From the NCBI GenBank assembly GCA_964016885.1, contig OZ024741.1, forward strand, positions 342,116,001-342,180,000: DNA of 64,000 bases. Direction: 5' to 3'. This document shows positions 39,601 to 51,000 of this stretch, in pieces. Below the pieces are notes generated by a model. It saw only the letters and a program-made list of their open reading frames with translations. It was not told the origin of the DNA and made no database searches. The stretch comes from Eledone cirrhosa. Its lineage: Eukaryota. How positions within the stretch are numbered: the first letter of the stretch is position 1; every line of letters begins with the position of its first letter. The position numbers and the translations under genes were made by a program.

Positions 39601-41989
39601 CTCCATCAGGCATCTACCATACTCTGAATGCCTTACTTCCCTGGGCATGGATACATTGAAGCTCCGACGTCTGGCAACTGACTTGGTAAACACCCACAAA
39701 ATTATTAACCATCTTGCCAACAACAACCCTGAGTACCTTTTTGATTTCCATGTGTCTAACACACGTGGGCATGCCAACAAAGTCAGAAACAGCACAGCTC
39801 CCATGACTTTCGGAAACATTTTTTAACGCTCAGAGTTGTTGAAGCATGAAACAAACTACCTGCATCAGTTGTTAGATGTCGAGACACTGCATCCTTTAAA
39901 ACCTCCATGCTTCCTGAGATTCGCCAACACTACACCTAATATTCCCCCCTCCATATATACACACACACATGTATATCATGACTCATACACTATACACTTC
40001 CCTGACATTTGTATATTATTCTATGTACTATACATGCACCACAGACGAGTTGTAGTGCACCTGAGCACTGTACACAATAATTTCATTATATATTATATTA
40101 TTACTAGCCCTTAATTTTAGCCCAGCTAATTACCTCCCCTACTTCTAGTACTCTTATATGAAAGAAAATATTCCAGAAGTCACTCTACCATAATATACTG
40201 AACCAATGAGTTTCAATACGCTAACGAAACATGTGTATTCGTTTCATGTAATTGTTTTAGTAGTGAATTACTGTATTTCCCGGCGTCCTCGAGAATGCAC
40301 CCTAATTTTGACAACCAAAAATCTGAAAAACAATAATAAACAGCATTCGGCCTCCAGGATGCATGGTAGATTTTGAGACTTATTTTAAGAGAAAAGTGGC
40401 ATCTTCGACGACGGGAAATACGGTAATTTAATTGAATATATATATTATAAAGAGTCGGAACTTCGACGGCTGAGCTCTTGCTGATTCAACAGATAGTTAT
40501 AGTCTGAAACTAACTTCTGTCATTTAACATAATAATAGTCATGAGAATTGCCTAGCAACAAGGGGTAGGCTCAGATAACATAGCAATAGCCATGAGAGTT
40601 GCCTAGCAACAACGTGGGTTCTATCTTAGATAACATAGCAATAGCCATGAGAGTTGCCTAGCAACAAGGTAGGTTCTATGTCAGATAACATAGTAATAGC
40701 CATGAGAGTTTCCTAGCAACAAGGTGGGTTCTATCTCAGATAACATAGCAATAGCCATGAGTTACCTAGCAACAAGGTTGGGTCTATCTCAGATAACAGT
40801 AATACCCATGAGAGTTGCCTAGCAACAAGGTAGGTTCTATCTCAGATAACAGCAATAGCCGTGAGTGTTGCCTAGCAACAAGGTAGGCTCTATACCTCAA
40901 AACATACCTGAGATTTTTATAAGAAAAAAAGACATGACTTATGAAGTTCTAGATATACCGTGTACCATCATCATCATCATCACCATTTTACATCCACTTT
41001 TCCACACTGGCATGAGTTAGACGAGTTGTCCTCTTGTGAGCAATGCTAGGTCAGGTGACCATGTCTTGCTCATAGAGAAATGATTTTGGCTTGGTTTCTA
41101 CAGCTGGATGCTCTTCCTAACACCAACCTCATTTACAGGGTGGGCTGGGTGCATATTGTCATGACACCTACATGACCCCATTACAGTGTGGACTGGGTAG
41201 TTTTTGTTGTGACACCTAAACAACCACATTAGCGTGGACTGGTGGCTTTTTGTCGTGACACCTAAACGACCACATTACAGTGTGGACTGGTTGCTTTCTG
41301 TCGTGACACCTAAATGAACACATTACAGTGTGGACTGGTGGCTTTCTGTCGTGACCCCTAAACGACCACATTACAGTGTGGACTGGTTGCTTTCTGTCGT
41401 GACACCTAAATGAACACATTACAGTGTGGACTGGTTGCTTTTTATCGTGACACCTACATGACCACTTTACAGTGTGGGCAGGAGGCTTCACTGGATGTAT
41501 ACTTCAGCCTGAAGTATATATGTATGAGAGAAAAAATAGAATGGTAGTGGTTGGAACACTTTGATGACAGGTGTACACATTCAGAGCTAACCACGGGTCA
41601 AACAACAACAACATAGTAGTTATAGCTTACCTTGATAGAAAGGAGTATGTTGGCAATAATATACATCACTTGACATTCTCGTTTGGTCCATAACTCAAAA
41701 GAAGCTAAAAGAAAGATCAAAGAAAAATGTAACTAATAAGTTAGTATCAGGGAGTCCTCTAATCCATTGGGACATAGTAGGGGTACAGTGTACCTAGAGC
41801 AAGTTAGTTTAGCTGTCTTTTTTAAAGATATACTAGGATTTAAAGGGGACATTTAGTGTATCTATGGATAATTTAATACTGTCTGCCCTTAAAGATATAC
41901 TAGGACAGAAGCATCTAGTGGTAGTTAGTTTGACACAGTCTGTCTTTCTTAAAGATATACTAGTGTATGTATGTATGTATGTATGTATG

Positions 41990-42064
<75 letters not shown>

Positions 42065-45000
42065 ACTTTGACACTGTCATTCTTAAAGAGATACTAAGAT
42101 ATAAAATGAAAGAAAGAATGATAGAAAGAAAAAGTTTACCTTTCTTAGATTCAGCAGTAAGTTCCCCTGAAGAGCCATCTTCTGATAATCCGCTGTCAAG
42201 ATTTGAAATGATCTGTGGTAGATAGATGTAATTGATGTTAAACTACATAAACAGACCAGTTAACTCAACCACATGTTCCTTGTTAAACTACATAAACAGA
42301 CCAGTTAACTCAAACACATGTCCCATGTTAAACTACATAAACAGACCAGTTAACACTACCACACGTCCCATGTTAAGCTACATAAACAGACCAGTTAACT
42401 CAACCACATGTTCCTTGTTAAACTACATAAACAGACCAGTTAACTCAACATGTTCCTTGTTAAACTACATAAACAGACCAATTAACACTACCACATGTCC
42501 CATTTAAGCTACATAAACAGGCGTTAACACTACCACATGTTCCTTGTTAAGCTACATAGACAGACCAGTTAATCCCCTACCACATGTTCCTTGTTAAGCT
42601 ACATAAACAGACCAGTTAACCTCCTACCACATGTTCCTTGTTAAGCTACCTAAACAGACCAGTTAATCCCCTACATGTTCCTTGTTAAGCTACATAAACA
42701 GACCAGTTAATCCCCTACTACATGTTCCTTGTTAAGCTACATAAACAGACCAGTTAACCTCCTACCACATGTTCCTTGTTAAGCTACATAAACAGACTAG
42801 AACACTGTTGTCACTACATCTCTATACACACATATACATATATAACATAACTGGCTTCACCTGTTGCACAAGAGAAAGAATATAATAGAGTTTATCTACA
42901 GCATCTTTGTTGCGTCCAAGGTAAAACGGAAGCTGGGCATCCAAAAGACGCAGACCAAATGGCACCATGGAACCTGAAATGGAAAAATAATAATAATGGT
43001 TTTTGATTTAGGCACAAAACCAACAATTTTTTTTGTGGAGAAGTTAGTTAAATTGTAGCAAGCAATAGTACTACTTTATCGTGGCGGTGTAATTTGGTCG
43101 TGCTTGGTCAACCGCCAGCCCTTAGGGTTAGTAATACTAAGAACAACTTCCACCCAGCAGTCGATTTCGCGCCTAATTATTAATTCTCCTGCAGTTACTC
43201 TCGGGATCTTCTACTGAGCAGTACCGTGTAACTCGTTTCCTGATTTTCTCTATCTTGCCCTCTAAAGCCGAGGGTAATCTCGATATATAACTCTGTGGAG
43301 AATTACATTTATCGTTCAACTTGACTATGTGATATGTTTGCAGGTCTTCACTTGCCTTGTACTTGTATTAATATGAAGAAGAAAATAAATCTTTATTATG
43401 TTTTGAAATATGCCTTCTGATCTTTTCTGCTACCATGGAATATAAACATCATTATTACATCTCCACTTTCCTGAAGTAGTAATCGCTACTAACATATCAG
43501 TCCAACATCGAATTGCTACCTTTATGAATTGTACCATTGTGAATCTCTCTTGAATGCCTTTCTGCTACCATTATAACTAAAGTACTAAAGGGCGGTGGAT
43601 TGGCAGTATCGGTAGAGGGTCGGACGCCATGCTTTGGCGCATAGAGTTACGGCCCTTGCCATTCTGAGTTCAAATCTCACCGATGTTAACTTTGCCTTTC
43701 ATCCTTACAGGGTCAATAAAATAAAGTACCAGTGATGCACTCGTTAATTGCTGGCCTTGTGCCAAAAGTAGAAACAATTATAACTAAAGTACTTATTACT
43801 AAAAAATTAACACCAGTACATGACTGGTACTTCATTTTATCGACCCTGGAAGCATGAAAGGCAAAGCTAAGTTCAGCAGGATTTGAACTTAGAACATAAA
43901 GGGACACAACTATAAGCTGCAAAGCAATGCTCTACTGATACTGCCAATCCACCCTGTAAGGATGAAAGGCAGCCAAACTTTCTTTAAATCATACTCCATC
44001 ATCTTAGATAAAGAAAGGACACGTTAAATAATGTAGTCCTATACACCCCTAAAAAAGTCAGGTTAGTCATGCATGGAATGCTTGTACAGTCAAAATCACT
44101 TCACCTCCTCATCATCCACTTAAAGTTTTCTCTCTCAACCTCAATAAGTATTTCCCCACTTCATCACAAACCATAGTTTGAGTTGTTACTCCAAACCAAC
44201 AATCCACTTAAACACGTAGTATAACTATGAAACTCAACTCAAAAACACAGCAAAAATAAGTAGCAAGAATGTATGTATGGATCTGTAACTCCTGAGGGAG
44301 TTGTAGGGATGCCATATTGACATATAACATTTCTTGAGCATTTAAAAACCTGATGAAGTATCACCTCTCAAGGTTTGAACATAGTCAATTTCTTCCAGAG
44401 AAGGAGAGAGAAATAGTGATAGGAAAGAAGTGAGAAAGAAATACAGCGTAAGAATCAACCCCATTACTGAACTGGTACTTTTTTTCATCAACCTCAAAAG
44501 GATGAAAGGCAAAGTTGACCTCGATGGGATATGAACTCAGAGAGCAGAGAGCCAGAATAAATACTGCAAAGCATTCTATCCAATGTTCTAATGACTCTGC
44601 CAATTTTCCACCTAAAGTAAGAATAGCTATGTCTTTATATAGGTAAAACTATTTGAAGAGAACTAAGTCCTAGAATGTTAGGAGAGGTGTTCAAACAATT
44701 GGCAGAAATCCCCTATCTTTGCTGAATGAGATGAAAAAAAAAGAAAATACCTAAGTAAAAAGCTTAATTAATGATTACCTTTTCGTCCAGGATAAATGGC
44801 AGGGTAGTATTGATAGTAGAGATCAGGTGTGTCGAGGTTCTTGAAGCTCTGCAGTTCGGAGTGAGCAATGCTGTAAAGTCGTAGCTTTAAGAGCAAGGCA
44901 ATTCTACAAAACCAGATCTGCAAATTAAGATGTAAAAGAAAAAAGAAAAAATTAAACAAATAAATTGAGGGGGTGGGGACAAAGAAAAAATACAAATTAA

Positions 45001-48000
45001 CAAGAAATTGAAGAAAAAAAAACAGAAAGAAGAACAACTCACAGAATGATTGACAAAAAAGAAGGGAGATAAATATGAAAAACAAAAACGAATAACAAAA
45101 ATAAACATTTGACATCAAGATTGACAAAAAACAATTTTCATCATCCTCTTTATGTCCATTTTTCCATGATTACATGGGTTCAACTGGGTTTTTTCTGGCA
45201 TAGCTTCTCTCCACTCATTGCATTCCTTCATCATCTCCTTTGTGAGGTTTCAGCGTTTTGAGATTCTTTCTTACTACGTCTGGACGGGTTTTCTTTGGTC
45301 TTCCTCTACTGCAGATTCCCTGCACTTAGAACTCATAGCACTTCTTCATCCATATGTATCACATAGCCATACCAGTGCAGTCTTATATCTTGCACATTAC
45401 ATTTGATTTCTCTCATACCTTGTTTCTCCTAGCCTGTCTAGAAGATCTTCAGTACTGATTCAGTGTGAAGGCCTGTCCAACACTTGCTAGTAGGGAAAAT
45501 GAACGTATAATGATGATGATGATAACACTGGTCAACATACCTGTTGCTGACTTAGGTTTTGTTGTTGTTTTTAGCTAATTTTAAGGTCCTTATTTCAAAT
45601 ATGGCATCCATTTTTTTCCTAACACATCAGGTTTTCATATTTGTCTTTCGCTGCCATAAACACAGGAAACACTGATATCACTGGTCAACAAAATTTTGCA
45701 TCTAATCTACTGACCTGTTCTTAAGTAATTTGGGGCTGCTAAGTTTTAAAATGATAATACTTTTATTCTATCATGTCAAGTTTTGTTTATCTATAGCTAC
45801 AAGAGATAACATAGGTAATATTACCTATGTTATCTCTTGTAGCTATTGGTGAAGCCAATATGGACCTGCTCATAGATAAAAAAAATTGACATGATAGAAA
45901 AAAGTATTGCCGTTTTTAAACTCAGTGGCCCCAAATTACTCAAGAACAGGTCTCAAACTTAGGTCAGCAGAAAAAAACGAGATTTTGTTGACCAGTGTAA
46001 TTGATATGAGAGACTATAATTGCTACTACCATTACCACCACCAGACTCTTAGTATTTACCTGTAAAGTGTGAGGTGTGTGTTGTGTAATCTGCCCAATAT
46101 TATCAGGGCCCTGTTTGGCAGCCACTAACAGCCTCCCAGTCATTTCAACAGCAGCACGGAAACATTCGTTCTTCTATAATAAAGAAAAAAAAATGGTTTG
46201 CTAAATAAAACTATCATCGTCATCCTCAATCAGTAGAAACAAATCATCATTAACTCTTAACATCCTGTATCACATGAAACTCAATTAGCAAGACATTCTC
46301 AAAAAGTATAAAGCCTCTGTGTGTGTGTATAGGGTTTCAATAAACAAAACAACAACTACCATCATCATTAACATCCTGTATCATATAAAACTGCATAAGT
46401 AAGACATTCTCAAAAACTTCAAAACAACATAATGACTGTAATTCATTAAAAAATTAACACCTTTAGTTTGCTGTAAATTTTCGCAGTGATCTGTCCACTA
46501 GTAAAGATACTATAAACATTTAAAATAAAAAATATTTTCTCCTAAATTATTGCAAGATTTTCAAATAAAAGTTGAACAAAAATTATCAGATATTTCAAGA
46601 TTGTGTTGATTTTTTGCTCTCCCTAAACAAGGTAATAAAGCCACTAAAATGAAGGGGTTTCTGAGAAGGGAGGACAAGACACAGAGACCATAATGATTGA
46701 TGTTGCTTTTGAATTATGTAAACTGTAGCAGTCAGGAAATCAAGAAGCTGGAAGAGAATTCTATAGGCGAGATGTGTGAGGAAGAAACTATTAGAATAGT
46801 AATTGTGATTGCATTTAAAGACTTCAACTGTAAATGAATGAGACCTACCCACCAATCTGGTGCTCCGTTTAAATTTGTGAAGACATGGTAAGACAAAAAG
46901 GAAAGCTCATCAGAACAATTCTCATGAAAATATTTATTAAAAAAACACAGAAAGGCATCTGTAGCACTCTACCTTGGCACAAAACCAAACTGTGCAACAT
47001 CTATTTTTTTCTAATTATTTGTGCTAAAATTCTTTGTTACTTTCATTACTTGGTCCATTAGTTTATTTCCTTGTAATTGCTCCTTTCTAGAGCATCACCT
47101 TTTCCCTTGTTTCAATATTTAACAAGTCAGAATGGAGTTTGAACCAAGACATCCATGCATCTTTGATGCCAGGAAATACAGTATAGTATAGTATATACAG
47201 TGTAATACATACCACCAGTTTACATAAACCATCAGTATCCTGAGATACAATATCAGCTGACATTGTTTGTCTGAGATCAGCTTCATCATCTCCCATGAAT
47301 TTCCGTAACATCTCTTGAATGGGATCAGGCTACAGAATAAGAAAATTACTCAATCATTAACTCATCATCATTATTATTTAAATTATTAATTGTTAATCAA
47401 TATCAAAATCATCATTATCATTATCTCTCATTTAATGAGCTTCTATTCCATAGGACTTCAGTATGCATATGATGTGTTGTTTCTCTTTTTTATATAAATA
47501 TAAAGTATAAATGTACTGCATAAGAAATTAGGCATAAGAGGGATCAGTTGTTGCGTGCAGGAGAAGAGGTTGTTTTGGTATAGACATGTGATACGTATGA
47601 AGGATGACAGCTGTATGAAAAGGTGCAGAGCGCTCAAAGTTGATGGTAGCCATGGTGTGAGCAGGCCTAGGAAGACTTGGGATGAGGTAATAAAAGCTGA
47701 ACTTGCACAATTACACCTCGCCAAGGCAATGACACAGGACCACAATCTCTGGCACTATGCAGTACTACAGAAGACTCACCCTCCTGAGCTGAGGCATATA
47801 TCTAATAGACAACACCTTCATCTACCTTCTACCCTCCTGTACACCTCCCTTTGCAGTAACCATCCCTCCCCTATTACTTACATCTGCAATTTCCCCAAGC
47901 TTCTTCCCTCTCCTTCCCTAGTTCCAAGACAAAAGCACCCAGTCCACATTGTTAAATGGTTGTGTTGACAACACGACAAAAAGCACCCAGCACACACTGT

Positions 48001-51000
48001 AAATGTGGTTGGCATTAGGAAGGGCATTCAGCTGTAGAAACCAAGCCAAAATCTGCCCCGGGTGAGCTAAACATGGTCCTCTGACCTGATTCTCTCCCTA
48101 AGAGTCAACCCATCCTACCTACGCTAGCATAGAAGATGGACGTTAAATGATGATGATGATGATGGAGAGGCAAGGATGTTGTGTGTATGCTGTGCTCCGA
48201 TAGTGCTGTTTTACTCTCGGTGTGTATAGTACCTAGTAATGCTATACTGTGTAGTGTGTGTACTTTAGTAATGCTATTGTGTAGTGTGTGTGTGTGTGCT
48301 CTGCTTGGATAATGCTGTTTTTTTCTCAGTGTATGTGTGTGTGCTGTGCAATTTTGTGCAGTATATGTGCTACAACAAATAATTCTATATAATGTAGTGT
48401 GTATGATGCTGCTTGGACACCGACATGTATTGGTTATTTTCAAAGCTTGTTTAACTTTTTCTCCATTATAAGTCTTTATAAGATAGTCTCCCCCACATCG
48501 ATCCAATAGAGGGACCAGCAGTGCTAGTTGAAGGTAGTATAATAAGTAAGGCAATCAAAGATATGAAGACGGGTAAGGCGGCTGGGCCTTCGGAAATAGT
48601 TGCTGAAATATTGAAAGCATCTGGAACGGTGGGACACACTATGGTCACCCGGATAGTAAACCAAGTCATACAGAATGGGGCCGTTCCGAAGGACTGGCGT
48701 AGCAGCAGCATCATTAACTGCTACAAGTGTAAAGGAGATGCCCTAGATAGGGGTAATTATAGAGGCATTAAATTAATCGACCAGGCATTAAATTAATCGA
48801 AGGTCACAGAAAAAGTAATAGTGCAACTAATCAGAGAATGGATTGATCTAGATGAAATGCAGTTCGGGTTTGTGCCAGGTAAAAGTACCACAGACGCTCT
48901 TTTCATTGTACGACAACTACAGGAGAAGTACCTAGCTAAAAGTAAACCCCTATACTTAGCTTTTGTTGACTTGGAGAAAGCCTTTGACAGAGTCCCCCGC
49001 TCCATTATCTGGAGGGCTCTTAGAAAACTAGGTGTTGATGAATGGCTTGTGAGAGCTATACAAGCCATGTATAAAGGTTAGAATTAACAACGAATATAGT
49101 GAAGAGTTTAGCGTAAAAGTTGGTGTTCATCAGGGCTCCGTTCTTAGCCCCCTACTATTTATTATTGCCCTTCAGGCTATAACAGAGGAGTTCAAGACCG
49201 GCTGCCCATGGGAACTCCTATATGCAGATGATCTAACGCTCATAGCTGAATCAATGGCTGAACTAGAGAAGAAATTCCAAACATGGAAGCATGGCCTAGA
49301 ATCAAAAGGCCTTAAAGTTAACTTGTCTAAGACTAAAGTTCTAGTTTGTAGGAAGGAAAATAGGGCACCGGTCCCATCTGGGAAATGGCCAGGCTCAGTG
49401 TGTAGGAAAGGAGTAGGCAGAAACTCCATTTTATGTCCCAAATGCAAAGTATGGGTGCATAAAAGATGTAGTGGGATCACAGGTAAGCTAACTAAGAATA
49501 TAGATTTTATATGTGGCCAGTGCTCTGGTGCAATAAGTAGCAGCAAGTGCCCACAGAATACTAGCTCATTCCATTGCACAGATGGTTCTATAGAAATAGT
49601 GGACACCTTCCGTTACCTGGGTGACTAAATCAGCAGTGGGGGGGTGCTCTGAAAGTACAGTAGCTAGAGTCAGAACGGGATGGAAAAAGTTCAGAGAGCT
49701 TATACCACTATTGGCCGCTAAAGGGTTCTCTCTAAAAATGAAAGGCAGGCTGTATGATGCCTGCAAACGAACAGCAATGTTACATGGCAGTGAGACCTGG
49801 GCATTGTGTGCAGAGGATATACGCAGACTGGAGAGAAACGAAGCTGGCATGCTCCGCTGGATGTGTAATAGTAATATACGTGAACAGCAAAGCATAAACG
49901 AACTAAGGGAGAAATTAGGAATAAGAGGGATCAGATGTTGTTTACTCGAGAGAAGACTACATTGGTATGGTCACGTGATGCGCATGAAAGACGACAGCTG
50001 TATAAAAAAGTGCAGGGCGATCAAAATTGACCGAAGTTACGGAGTAGGCAGACCCAGAAAAACCTGGGACGACTTGATAAATTCCGACCTCACACACTTA
50101 CACCTCTCCAAGACAATGTCACTGGACCGAGATCTTTGGCGCTACACAGTTATACTTGCCTAAGTACAAAGCGAAACCTACAGTCAGTAGGCACCTCTAA
50201 CAAAAATACACCCCCGTCCCATCCACACCACCCCCTTAAATGTGAAGTTATGTTGGTACCACAACATCCAGTCCGAAACAAATGAGGTCGTGTAGGTGTC
50301 ACGACAAAAAAACACACAGTCCACGCTGTAATGTGGCCGTGTAGGTAACACGGTACAAACCTCCCAGTCCACACTGTAAACGCGGTTGGTGTTGGGAAGG
50401 GCACCCAACCGTAGAAAACCTGCCAGACGTGTAGGTGTCACGACAAAAAAACACACAGTCCACGCTGTAATGTGGTATGTAGGTAACACGGTAAAAACCT
50501 CCCAGTCCACACTGTAAACGTGGTTGGTGTTAGGAAGGGCATCCAGCCATAGAAAACCCACCAGGCAGTCCTATACGAGCAGGACAACCAATCTTGCCTC
50601 AAGTGGGAAAACTCCTGTCCAAACCCATGCAAGCGTGGAAGATGGACGTTAAACGATGATGATGATGATGATTGAGCAGTTGATTATCAAAAGGTACGAG
50701 ATAATGGAAGAAAGGAAAATGAAATATTAACCCTTTAGCATTTAAACCAGCTTTATCTGGCCAGAATTCTCTCACTTCTTTCTGTTCAAACTGGCCTTAA
50801 CCAGCTGCTCATACATATGTTAAGGTATTGTTCTCAAAATAAATAATATCAAAATCTCATATATTTGATATTATGTGAGATAATTATGTGAAGTAAAGTG
50901 TTTACTGTGAAAATACAATAGTAAATATAGAGTAATATAAATGCTACAGGGTTAAATAAAAGAGACATGCAAGGCTCTTACTTGTGCTTCTTCAACTGTG

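Noticed and set aside
34558-42797. CRISPR-like arrays (26-, 46-, 48- and 55-bp periodicities)
   Set aside because: Contiguous tandem units without unique spacers, no cas genes, spliceosomal-intron context.
43590-43690. tRNA genes at A/B-box-containing sequences
   Set aside because: They are SINE heads, always followed by the same body and tail, and do not form clean cloverleaves.
44350-44390. CTGATGA...GAAC as a hammerhead
   Set aside because: No GAAA, poor stem II closure, no stem I.
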